Positions 28,612 through 38,154 of a stretch of 64,000 nt of DNA are shown in pieces. The stretch spans positions 4,924-68,923 of the forward strand of contig CASFZJ010000002.1 in NCBI GenBank assembly GCA_949299165.1. The letters are read 5' to 3'. The stretch is from an uncultured bacterium. Its GTDB lineage: Bacteria; Bacillota_I; Bacilli_A; RFN20; CAG-826. Below the pieces are notes generated by a model. It saw only the letters and a list, made by a program, of their open reading frames with translations, ran no database searches and had not been told where the DNA came from. How positions within the stretch are numbered: position 1 is the first letter of the stretch; each line of letters opens with the position of its first letter. A program made the position numbers and the translations under genes.

Positions 28612-29391
28612 TTAATCTTTATTTTTAATTAAACTATGAAGCTCAATATATGTATGAGCTTTTTTTAATACATTTCTATCGCTATCATAAGTAATTTTAA
28701 AAAGTGCTTCTTCGTATTCACACCACTCAAATGAATTAACTTCTTCATCGTGTAAATCTTGCGGAGCTGCTTTTTGATCAATTGGTGTAGCTAGATAAAA
28801 ATACACATCTTTAATGGCAAGTTCATTAGGTTGATAAGTAATCTTAACTTTAAAGTCAGTATTTAAACTTACATAAAGATTAGTTTCTTCTTTAATTTCC
28901 CTAATAGCTGTTTCTTGATCGGTTTCACCTTCTTCTTGATGACCTTTGCATAAAGAAGTGTGTCCATAATTCATTTTTAAAAGAAGGTAATATGTTTTAT
29001 TGTTTTCCCTTTTATAAATTACTGCACCGCAACTTTTTTCTTTTACTAATCGAGTAAAATAAAATCCATTAGTTATATAGAAAACATTAACAATGATTAA
29101 AGCTAAAACACATAAAATCGCAAATATTATGAACGAATAATATAAAAGATCATAAAATTTAGAATCTTTTCCATTCACGAGTAAACAATAAAATGCGTTA
29201 AAGTTATCACTACTTGTCTCACATACATCAGCAGGTATTTCACTATTAGTTAAACCTGCAAGATAAGAAAATCCAAAACAAGCTATAACACAAAAGAAAA
29301 TCAAAAATATTGATATAAAGACATAAAAAGCAATGCGTGAATAAAAAGTTCTTGCAATGACGTATTTATATTTTCTCTTCTTTTGATTCAT
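28612..29391 (-). CDS. Membrane-anchored NUDIX hydrolase
   Basis: Two N-terminal TM segments followed by a Nudix box GHQEEGETDQETAIREIKEETNL. Confidence 0.75.
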   Translation of the reverse strand: MNQKKRKYKYVIARTFYSRIAFYVFISIFLIFFCVIACFGFSYLAGLTNSEIPADVCETSSDNFNAFYCLLVNGKDSKFYDLLYYSFIIFAILCVLALIIVNVFYITNGFYFTRLVKEKSCGAVIYKRENNKTYYLLLKMNYGHTSLCKGHQEEGETDQETAIREIKEETNLYVSLNTDFKVKITYQPNELAIKDVYFYLATPIDQKAAPQDLHDEEVNSFEWCEYEEALFKITYDSDRNVLKKAHTYIELHSLIKNKD

Positions 29392-30193
29392 CTATACCAT
29401 CTTCCTTTTTCTTATAAACATAATAATTATAAGTAGAATATTTTTCACAAGTTTCTACCATCCACTTATAACATTCATTTCTCAAATATTCTTTATTTTC
29501 ATTTACTGACAATTCTTTTTTAGGATAAATTGCCTCGCCAATATAAATTGTAATTTTAGGTTTATCAGAAAATTTCTTTTTGGTAAAACATGAAACTACT
29601 GGCACAATTGGTGCATTTAATTTAGCTGGATATTTAAATGAAGTTGAAATAAATGGTCTAATTTTAGTGTAATAAGGCCAAACGTGAGCTTCAGGGAAAA
29701 TAACTATAAATCTTTTTTTCTTTTGATAATAATCTAATGCTTCGGAAAATTTACGATAATCACTTAGAGAAGTTGGAAGAGCAATAAAACCAAGTCCTTC
29801 AACAATTAACTTAATTGGTTTTGGTAAAGTTAAGGCATCAGTATAGCCAATAATGTTGCATCTTTTCCATGTCACAACACTAACTTGATTAATTACCATA
29901 TCCCAAAACGAAGTGTGATTCATATAAATAAAGGCACCGTCGCCAGCTTTCTTAACCTTTTTGATGTTTTCTCTACCCTTAATTTTAATTCCAGCAAAGA
30001 AACAAATAATATGCAGCACTGGTTTTGCAACTAACCAATAAATCCAAAAAGAGAATGCTTTAAAAAATGGGTTAGTATGAATGTATTTATAATCTTTTGG
30101 AAGGTCAATTCTTTTTAAAGTTTTGGTCTTTTCAAAATCATCGTTTAATTCATCTTGATAATAAAATACATGTCCTCTATCTTCTTTTGCCAT
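29366..30193 (-). CDS. Lysophospholipid/glycerol-3-phosphate acyltransferase family protein (LPLAT)
   Basis: HxxxxD motif (NHTSFWDM), membrane-associated N-terminus, overlapping gene boundaries with neighbours. Confidence 0.65.
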   Translation of the reverse strand: MAKEDRGHVFYYQDELNDDFEKTKTLKRIDLPKDYKYIHTNPFFKAFSFWIYWLVAKPVLHIICFFAGIKIKGRENIKKVKKAGDGAFIYMNHTSFWDMVINQVSVVTWKRCNIIGYTDALTLPKPIKLIVEGLGFIALPTSLSDYRKFSEALDYYQKKKRFIVIFPEAHVWPYYTKIRPFISTSFKYPAKLNAPIVPVVSCFTKKKFSDKPKITIYIGEAIYPKKELSVNENKEYLRNECYKWMVETCEKYSTYNYYVYKKKEDGIDESKEEKI

Positions 30194-31499
30194 CTTCCTC
30201 GCTCCTTAGCGCTTGTTCATCAATGATATTTCCAGTGTGTTCAATTGTTTTCCAATCAGTTCTTTTCTCTTTATGAAATAAACCATTAAATAAGGCCATT
30301 ACGAAACTTGAAAAGAAAATAATATAGGTTAAACAAATAACAATACATTGTGAAGTTGTGAACTTTAAATTTTTATTATCAATTGCAATTGTAAACGCAC
30401 TTATGAAAATAAATATCAAATAAAGAATTGTAAATTGAAATAAGAAATGAACAAAAAGCCATCCAGATTGAGCTGAATTATCGATAAGACTAGCTATAAA
30501 TAAGCCAAATGAAGCAAATGAAGTCAAAGTAGCGACAACCGCAAAAGCAATAAATGGATAAATCGAAGAGTTATACTCAATTAAAGAAAATCTTCTTTTT
30601 AATTTGTTATCACATGGATAAACATTAGTTTGCTCTTTAAAACGTTTCCTTGAAGCAAAAAATCCCCATAACCAACGCACATGTTGCTTATTTAAAATAG
30701 AAAATTTTTCAGGTTGTTCATCGAAATAACGAGCGAATGGATAATAGTGCATTTTGATATTGTGATAATAACAATAAGTTGTGAGTTGAACATCTTCAGT
30801 CATACCATTCCATATCCAACCACCTTCATTATCAACAATTTCTCTCTTGATAAAATATCCAGTACCAGTCAAAGTAGCTTTTTCAAAAAACTTACTTCTT
30901 CCTCTTGAAGTGAATTGATTCATAAAGCTGAATAAAGTTGCACTACATCCACAAACCCAGTTTTTTGTTGCGTTTGTAAAGCTTCTATATCCAACACCAA
31001 CTTGATATCCTGCTTGATAAACGTCATTCATCAATTTTAAATAATCTGAGTTCATAACGTTATCCGCGTCAAAAATCATAAATGCATCGTAAACTATTCC
31101 ACTCTTCTTAATTTCTTGATATGCATCATCCAAAGCAAAACCTTTTGTTCTTCGGTTTGTTAAATCGCCTCTAACTACTACTTTAAATCCATATTCTTCA
31201 ACAATATTACAAGTCGGATCATCAATTGACTCAACAATTACGTAAACTTCAAATTTGTCACGAGGATAATTTAGTTTTGAGCAGGCATTTAAAATATTTC
31301 TAATGACTTTCGATTCATTTCTTGCAGGGATTAGCAATGCAAATTTTGCATAATTAAACGACCTTGGCAAACGTTTTGGTCTTTTTGCAGCGACTGCAAA
31401 ATATAAAAAGTAATACCAAAGGAACAATGAGAAAAAAAGGAATGCAAGAACAAGAGCAACATCTAACCAGTTAACTATCGCTTGGTAATCCATATACAT
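30177..31499 (-). CDS. Processive family-2 glycosyltransferase (membrane-embedded, cellulose/chitin/glucolipid synthase-like)
   Basis: DxD (FDADN), QxxRW motif (QHVRWLWG), N-terminal TMs and four C-terminal TMs. Confidence 0.8.
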   Translation of the reverse strand: MYMDYQAIVNWLDVALVLAFLFFSLFLWYYFLYFAVAAKRPKRLPRSFNYAKFALLIPARNESKVIRNILNACSKLNYPRDKFEVYVIVESIDDPTCNIVEEYGFKVVVRGDLTNRRTKGFALDDAYQEIKKSGIVYDAFMIFDADNVMNSDYLKLMNDVYQAGYQVGVGYRSFTNATKNWVCGCSATLFSFMNQFTSRGRSKFFEKATLTGTGYFIKREIVDNEGGWIWNGMTEDVQLTTYCYYHNIKMHYYPFARYFDEQPEKFSILNKQHVRWLWGFFASRKRFKEQTNVYPCDNKLKRRFSLIEYNSSIYPFIAFAVVATLTSFASFGLFIASLIDNSAQSGWLFVHFLFQFTILYLIFIFISAFTIAIDNKNLKFTTSQCIVICLTYIIFFSSFVMALFNGLFHKEKRTDWKTIEHTGNIIDEQALRSEEDGKRR

Positions 31500-31651
31500 A
31501 AATTATAATTTTTTAAAATTATAATTCAATTGCTAAAAGTCAATATCTAGGCATAAGCTTAATTTTCAGTCATTTTTTTTGATATTAAAAATTATGTCAA
31601 AGAACAATTTTCTGATTTAACGTTAATTTTGCAGTCTTTTTTTCTAAAAAC

Positions 31652-32623
31652 TTAGATCAAAGCGCTAAAATCAGAATCAGAAATAAGTTGATACATTTTG
31701 TTTTTATAAGAAAAGATTTTCTCCGAATAAATAGAAATCTTGTCAATAAATGGCGAAGTAAGATAACCTAAATCATCTTCAACTTCTCCTTCATAAGGAA
31801 TAAATTCAAGATATGAAAGACTATCGAACTCTTTTGTGGTTTCTTCATATGTTCCTATTGATGTTTTCACATAATAAGCGAAAACATTATTCCCTTTAAA
31901 GAGGTTATTAAATGTGAACGAGCTCAACTTCACATCATTAAAATCAAACAAACCTCTTACGTTATTGACGAATTCAAATAAATTATTTCGTCCAAAATCA
32001 CCATCACTTATTCTGTTATTAGTAATTTGATAAGTCTGTTCATAATCATACTCATCGTTAGGAAAATAAGTGATTAACATATAATTTCCTCCTGAAGGTT
32101 GTCCATCACTTCTTTCTAACTTTTCTTCAAATAACGATAATGCTTTTTCTAAGTCATCTTCATTATCGCTATAATAAACTTGATTTAATGATCCCGGCGC
32201 TACACCAACATAACCAAATTCAGCTCTTACTTCTTTTACTTCTCCGTTTTTAATGAAGTCATCTACCATTAAGAAATCATCAAGTATAAAAGTATCTTTT
32301 AGATAGTATGGATCAGCACTAATAACAAGAGTTGAATCATAACTTGGCATTTCAAATTCAAATATCCAATGGTTATCAGCTTCTCTGCTTGTTATGGATT
32401 TATCATTCAAGTAGACATAAATACCAGCATCCATTAATTTGTGAGTTACTACTTGTAAAACTTCGCCTTCTTTATAATCGCCAGTACGTGGTGAAGTTAC
32501 AATAACGTCCGAATTAAAATAATCTAAAACTTCCAAGTGATAGCTTTTTCCAGAATCACAAGATGATAAGGAAGTGCATAATAACCCCAAAAGTAATATT
32601 GTTTTAAGAATTTTGTGTTCCAT
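31652..32623 (-). CDS. Hypothetical lipoprotein
   Basis: Signal peptide with lipobox LSSC; 323 aa, acidic, no recognised domain. Confidence 0.5.
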   Translation of the reverse strand: MEHKILKTILLLGLLCTSLSSCDSGKSYHLEVLDYFNSDVIVTSPRTGDYKEGEVLQVVTHKLMDAGIYVYLNDKSITSREADNHWIFEFEMPSYDSTLVISADPYYLKDTFILDDFLMVDDFIKNGEVKEVRAEFGYVGVAPGSLNQVYYSDNEDDLEKALSLFEEKLERSDGQPSGGNYMLITYFPNDEYDYEQTYQITNNRISDGDFGRNNLFEFVNNVRGLFDFNDVKLSSFTFNNLFKGNNVFAYYVKTSIGTYEETTKEFDSLSYLEFIPYEGEVEDDLGYLTSPFIDKISIYSEKIFSYKNKMYQLISDSDFSALI

Positions 32624-32757
32624 ATCTATATTTTAAACCAAAAAACAAAATGTATCACAAATAAAATATTTAAAACATTTATAGGCACAAATCCAGAAAA
32701 AACATCTAATTTTGCAGGTTTTTTAAATGTTTTAACTGCTTTTTTTCGTAGCAGAAA

Positions 32758-35349
32758 CTATTCTTTTGAACGAATAATTTCAATTGGTTTATTTGTCTTT
32801 ATTACAAGCAAAGGAATAATAAGAGCTATTAAAACAAAGATAATTAAAACTATAAATAGAACAATTGTTGAAACTAGATTGTAATTTAAGAAAACTAATC
32901 CTGGAATTGAAACCAGCTCATAATGTCTTGTAAAACTTTCAATTAATATTGAAGAAACTAACTTGTTACCTAACTCAGTTCCAATGAATAGAAAGATAGA
33001 AGAGAAGACCAAGATCGACAATAAAACTTCAATATATAAAAGATTTATTTCTTTAACTTTTAAACCAAGCGCTCGGAATATACCAATATTTTTCTTATCT
33101 TTTTTAAGAATCAAAACAACTATCAAGAGCACAAATACGAAAGATAATACACTCATTACAATAAGCAAAGTTATGAAAACATCTTTGAAGAGTAAGACGG
33201 TTTCTTCTATTGCATCAAAAGTTAATTCGTATACACTAGTTAACGAAATTCCAGTTGCTTCAAGAGCAGCAAATAAAGTTGTAAGTTCATCAGAGTTATC
33301 AAAATATACTCTTACTGGCACAATTGTTTCTTTAGCAATGTTTCGATATACATTTTTAGAAAAACGAACTCGTTTATTCTCATTTATTGGTCTTACTTCT
33401 TTAACTTTTAAACTTTTAAGAGCAACCTTTTCTTGATCACTTTTATAAGATGTAAAGAAAGAAACATCAATTACCATGTTTTCTAGTTCTTCTTCAGTGA
33501 CTTGATCAGGTTGTAAATAATCTTTTCCAGTTAATTCATTAAAAACCTGCAAAGTGATTGAAACCTCATCATCTTTTAATTCGTCTAAATAAGATATATA
33601 TGTGTCATCGAAAAATAAATCTAAATTTTTACCATTATATGTGATTCTTTCTTTATTCACATAAGTTGAAGAATAAAGATTTTCAATATTAAGTTGATGC
33701 TCAATAAAGTCATCTATGTAGTTCTCATTAAACGTGTATAAAGAAGCAAGATTTAAATAAGCATAGTCATTAAAATCTAAGAGTTCAGTTCTATTAACAC
33801 CTTTTTCGATGTTCGATAACAAGTCGGCATAATTTTCCTTATAATGAGAATTAATAATGGCACCAATTTTTAATGTGTCAAATTCGTGCCCCATTAAATC
33901 GTCATAATTTTTTGGCAAAAAATTGCTGTAAGTATTGTGCATTAACGAATCAGCTAGAAAATCAGTAATAATTACATCAGTCGGACCACAATTAAGGGAA
34001 CCTGCTAAAACTTCTAATTCTCCGTTTTTTCCACCATAAAGTTCTTTTAAATAAGATTCTTCAGTAACAATTAATCCATTAGTTTGATCATAGATATATG
34101 GTGGTACCAAGTAAGATATATTACCTGTTGTTCTTTGTCGAATCATATAGTAAAAAAGCGAAATAGGATACATCTTATAGTATTTGCCATCATAATTATC
34201 ATCGATAATTTTTAAGTCACTTTCTGTAATTTCTTCTAAAGAGTCGCCATTTTTATTTTCTGTTTGAAATTCAACAGTTTTTGAAACTAATCTATTTTCA
34301 CAATAATTGTTATAGAAGTTTTCTTTAGATTCGGCGACAGAATAGTCGGACAAGTTATAAGAAACATTCCCAACAACAAGGAGGAAAGCGACGATAAAAG
34401 ACATCAAACAAATCGTAATTAATCTTTTTGATAGGAGTTTAAAACCATATTTAAACAAATGTTTAGGTTTCCTATCATCGATAACTTCTTTTTCTCTATT
34501 TACGTTTACGTATCTAGTTTGTCCAAAATCAAATCGAGATTGATAAATTCTTGTATATGGATTTTTTGAAAGAGAATTTAAAGTTTGAACCTCTCTTTCG
34601 TTTAATGGTTTAGCGTAAGGTAAATAGATATTTCGGTTGATTACTTTAAACGAATTGTCAGTCGAACCATTCTTTGTTAAATCTTCGATGATTTTGCCAT
34701 CTTGTAAACGGATGATTCGATCTGCATATTCTAATGCATTATCTTGGTTATGAGTTACCATGCCGATTAATAGTTCATGAGAATGTCTTTTTAAAAAATC
34801 TAAGATTAATTTAGCTGTTTTATGATCTACATTTCCTGTTGGTTCATCAGCAAACAAAACTTTTGGTTTTTTAATGATCGCTCTTAATAAACTAACTCTG
34901 GCACGCTCTCCGGCTGATAGTTCACTTGGATACTTCTTTAAATAATCCTTCTTAAGACCAATTTCTTCTAAATAATTTTCGTAAAATTTAGAATTAGTTA
35001 TTTTACTCTCACCATAAGAATCAATAACAAGCGACAAGTTATCTTTAACTGTAAATTCTTCAATCAATGAATCATTTTGAAAAGCAAATCCAAACGAATG
35101 ATTTCTTAAGATTGTTTTCTCTTTATCAGTTAGATTATCAAAATCATTTTGATTATAAATAATCTTGCCACTACTTTTTTCATCTAAAGTCGATAAAAGA
35201 TTTAAAAGAGTAGATTTACCACTACCAGATTTACCAAGGATACAAGTAAGTCCAGTTTCTCCTAAAGTGAATGAAATATTATCAACTGCTTTAGTTTCAA
35301 CTTTCTTATTCTTTGAATAAATCTTAGTAAGGTTCTTAACTTCAAACAT
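32758..35349 (-). CDS. Fused ABC transporter ATP-binding protein / FtsX-MacB-type permease
   Basis: N-terminal Walker A GKSGSGKST, signature LSAGERARVSLLRA, Walker B LFADEP. About 560-aa extracytoplasmic region; C-terminal 4-TM FtsX-like bundle. The antisense ORFs 32615-32884 and 32963-33436 are artefacts. Confidence 0.8.
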   Translation of the reverse strand: MFEVKNLTKIYSKNKKVETKAVDNISFTLGETGLTCILGKSGSGKSTLLNLLSTLDEKSSGKIIYNQNDFDNLTDKEKTILRNHSFGFAFQNDSLIEEFTVKDNLSLVIDSYGESKITNSKFYENYLEEIGLKKDYLKKYPSELSAGERARVSLLRAIIKKPKVLFADEPTGNVDHKTAKLILDFLKRHSHELLIGMVTHNQDNALEYADRIIRLQDGKIIEDLTKNGSTDNSFKVINRNIYLPYAKPLNEREVQTLNSLSKNPYTRIYQSRFDFGQTRYVNVNREKEVIDDRKPKHLFKYGFKLLSKRLITICLMSFIVAFLLVVGNVSYNLSDYSVAESKENFYNNYCENRLVSKTVEFQTENKNGDSLEEITESDLKIIDDNYDGKYYKMYPISLFYYMIRQRTTGNISYLVPPYIYDQTNGLIVTEESYLKELYGGKNGELEVLAGSLNCGPTDVIITDFLADSLMHNTYSNFLPKNYDDLMGHEFDTLKIGAIINSHYKENYADLLSNIEKGVNRTELLDFNDYAYLNLASLYTFNENYIDDFIEHQLNIENLYSSTYVNKERITYNGKNLDLFFDDTYISYLDELKDDEVSITLQVFNELTGKDYLQPDQVTEEELENMVIDVSFFTSYKSDQEKVALKSLKVKEVRPINENKRVRFSKNVYRNIAKETIVPVRVYFDNSDELTTLFAALEATGISLTSVYELTFDAIEETVLLFKDVFITLLIVMSVLSFVFVLLIVVLILKKDKKNIGIFRALGLKVKEINLLYIEVLLSILVFSSIFLFIGTELGNKLVSSILIESFTRHYELVSIPGLVFLNYNLVSTIVLFIVLIIFVLIALIIPLLVIKTNKPIEIIRSKE

Positions 35350-35971
35350 ACTTTAATTATAAACATTAGGTATTACTATTTTAAGAAGTAAACTTCTTTT
35401 ATCTTTTAATTAAATTTCCTATAAAACAATTGATAAACCTGCAAATCTCAATCATTTTCTGAAAATTTAATTAAACAAAAGCAATATTATTCTTAAAATT
35501 AAACCAATTTAAATTAAAGAAGTGGTCTTTCGAAGTATGTCTTGCCTTCAAAATTAGCATTTTTTTACAAATCCAGTTAAATTCTTTAAATATTTAGCTA
35601 AAAAGGTGATAAAAACTGCTCCCTTAAGGTTTAAACCAGCCAAGTCTCTAACTATCATTAAAGCATTTTCTGCCTAGTCAAAAAGTATGTCTAAAATTGA
35701 ATTGTCTATAATCTAAAATAAAACCTTGCAAATGTCAAACATTTTTTTGAAATTTTTTTGAGAATATTTTTCTCATCTTAAAATGTGCGAATAATATGCT
35801 TTTTTTCCTTTGAAATTCTTTTGATAAAATTTAGCCTTCTTCAATAAATAATTGCTGTTCCGGCACATCTACCCTAAACTGCGAACTTAAACAATTCACA
35901 AAATCAAATATAAGTTCACTCATAAATGAACTAAAATAATAGTTAGATTAGAACAATAGGGAGGAAATTTC

Positions 35972-38059
35972 ATGAAACATAAAAAGTTGGCTAGCCTATT
36001 GCTTTTTAGCACATTAACTTTTTCAGTTGTTGGATGTACAAATGTAGATAATGATCCAAATAAAATAATAAAATCAATTAATCTAACTTCAACTAGTGGT
36101 GATGAAGAAAGTGGCTTGACTTCTACTTACACTATTACTTTTTTAGATGGAACTACATATGAATTCACTGTTAAAAACGGAAAAGATGGGGAGCCAGGAA
36201 TTGAAGGAAAACCAGGACAAGATGGCCACACTCCTAAAATTGAAATAGGGGAAAACGGTAACTGGATAATAGATGATAAGGACACTGGAATAAAAGCGAC
36301 CGGAACGGATGGAAAAGATGGCATTTCGATTATATCTATTACAAAAACTTCGACTGAAGGTTTAATCGATACTTACACTATTACTTATAGTGATGGATCA
36401 ACTTCTACCTTTAATGTTGTTAATGGAAAAGATGGAGAACAAGGTATTGCTGGCACTCCTGGCAAAGATGGCCATACACCAGAAATTAAAATAGGAGAGA
36501 ACGGTAATTGGATAATTGATAATGAAGATACCGGGATAAAAGCTGTTGGCACTAACGGTAATGATGGAAAAGATGGCGCTAATGGAGAGGATGGTTTATC
36601 CGCTTATGAAATCTATATTAAATATCATCCAGAATATGAAGGTAGCGAAGAAGATTGGATTAATGATTTAATTAACAATCGCTTAAATGATGATTATAAA
36701 GAATATTGCACTGTCACTTTAAATCCAAATGGTGGCACGATTGAAACGCCACTTACATTTAAAGTAAAACACGGTAGTTATATTGGCGAACTTCCTACTC
36801 CAATAAAAGGGAATAGATATTTTATGGGATGGTATGCTGGCACTTCAGAATATGATAATCCAGTTAATTCATTGTTCGTCGTTGAAAACGATGTAACATT
36901 AACTGCAAAGTGGGATTCAGCTGTCATTACTCTTTTAGATCATAACAACAACCCTATAAAAGAAGTTCTTTATTACGGACGTCAAAAAATTGAAAACCTA
37001 AATATTCCCATTGAAAATCTTACTTATAATGGTTACCAATATTTTTACGACTTTTATCCTTATATTACCCCTCAAATTGTGCCTGATTTAACACTTAAAC
37101 CAACTTATGCGTTTGATTTAGCCAAAACAAGAGCTGATTTTGGGATTGTGAACGATGAAGAGTTTACTATCCGAGTCAGAAGATATAGTTTTGACCCAAC
37201 CGAACTTATTATCGAAATCATTTTAGATTCCTATTCGAAAGACACATTAACTTTCCCGAATGAATATGAAGGTTTAAAAATCGGTTCCTTAATATTAAAT
37301 TATTGTTCATTTAAAAATTTAACACTTCCTAATGAGATGAATTTTTTACATTTTAATAATTTTGAAAATCAATCTCTAAAAATTAAAACAAAAATATTAA
37401 ATGAATTAGGCGTATCATTTTCAAATACCTTAGAAAATTTGGATTTAAGTGAATGTGAATTTGACCAAAATAATCCTTCAATTTCTTTTAATGATTTAAA
37501 CGCTTTAAAAACTCTAGTCTTTCCTCCATATAACGAAAACAACGAGCAAAAAATGCTTACAATTAATATGAACAGAGTAGCATATTACGACAATCTCGAT
37601 TATGTTAATTTTAAAGACTTATCGAATTATATTCTAGAAATTAACATAATTAACACTGATGGATTAAATATAAATAATACCGAAATATACAATGCTAGAC
37701 TTACAATGAATTCGGATACGCTTTATTTCGACGATCAGGGCGAAAGTTTTATTCTTAACAATTGTCGCTTTTATGGAAACCTCGAAATTTATGGACAATA
37801 TTTAAAGCAAATTGATTTAACTGGTACTACTTCAATACAAAATCTTAAACTTACTACACCAAACTTGGAAGTATTAGATTTAAGTAATATCACTTATATT
37901 TCTCTGCCTGATGTTATGTTTACGGATGAATTAACTCCAAATCTAACCGATATTTATTTTGGTGGAAGCGAACAATATCGGAACTCACTCCATATAGATA
38001 GCGGTAACACTAAACTATTTGATGGTTCAGTTAATATTCACTTCAATTCAATAAAATAA
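35972..38059 (+). CDS. Surface lipoprotein with collagen-like G-x-x stretches, Flg_new (Listeria-Bacteroides) repeat and C-terminal leucine-rich repeats
   Basis: Lipobox VVGC. Duplicated 82-aa modules containing GKDGEPGIEGKPGQDG / GKDGEQGIAGTPGKDG. Flg_new-like block CTVTLNPNGG...YFMGWYAG...VTLTAKW. LRR-like LxxLxLxxN repeats in the last approximately 300 aa. Confidence 0.65.
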   Translation: MKHKKLASLLLFSTLTFSVVGCTNVDNDPNKIIKSINLTSTSGDEESGLTSTYTITFLDGTTYEFTVKNGKDGEPGIEGKPGQDGHTPKIEIGENGNWIIDDKDTGIKATGTDGKDGISIISITKTSTEGLIDTYTITYSDGSTSTFNVVNGKDGEQGIAGTPGKDGHTPEIKIGENGNWIIDNEDTGIKAVGTNGNDGKDGANGEDGLSAYEIYIKYHPEYEGSEEDWINDLINNRLNDDYKEYCTVTLNPNGGTIETPLTFKVKHGSYIGELPTPIKGNRYFMGWYAGTSEYDNPVNSLFVVENDVTLTAKWDSAVITLLDHNNNPIKEVLYYGRQKIENLNIPIENLTYNGYQYFYDFYPYITPQIVPDLTLKPTYAFDLAKTRADFGIVNDEEFTIRVRRYSFDPTELIIEIILDSYSKDTLTFPNEYEGLKIGSLILNYCSFKNLTLPNEMNFLHFNNFENQSLKIKTKILNELGVSFSNTLENLDLSECEFDQNNPSISFNDLNALKTLVFPPYNENNEQKMLTINMNRVAYYDNLDYVNFKDLSNYILEINIINTDGLNINNTEIYNARLTMNSDTLYFDDQGESFILNNCRFYGNLEIYGQYLKQIDLTGTTSIQNLKLTTPNLEVLDLSNITYISLPDVMFTDELTPNLTDIYFGGSEQYRNSLHIDSGNTKLFDGSVNIHFNSIK
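36116..36590 (+). repeat. Internal 246-bp (82-aa) tandem duplication within the surface lipoprotein gene
   Basis: Unit 1 at 36116-36361 and unit 2 at 36362-36590, about 75% identical at the protein level (LTSTYTITFLDGTTYEFTVKNGKDG... versus LIDTYTITYSDGSTSTFNVVNGKDG...). Confidence 0.7.
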
Positions 38060-38084
38060 GTTGCAAAACCTCAATTAATTTTGA

Positions 38085-38116
38085 AAAACTTCACTCGCTT
38101 AAGGGTGAAGTTTTTG
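38085..38116 (+). terminator. Rho-independent terminator after the surface lipoprotein gene (also serves the convergent operon)
   Basis: AACTTCACTC-GCTTAA-GGGTGAAGTT hairpin followed by a T-run. Confidence 0.6.
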
Positions 38117-38154
38117 TTTAGACATTTTTTATGGATAATATAAATAAACACAAG

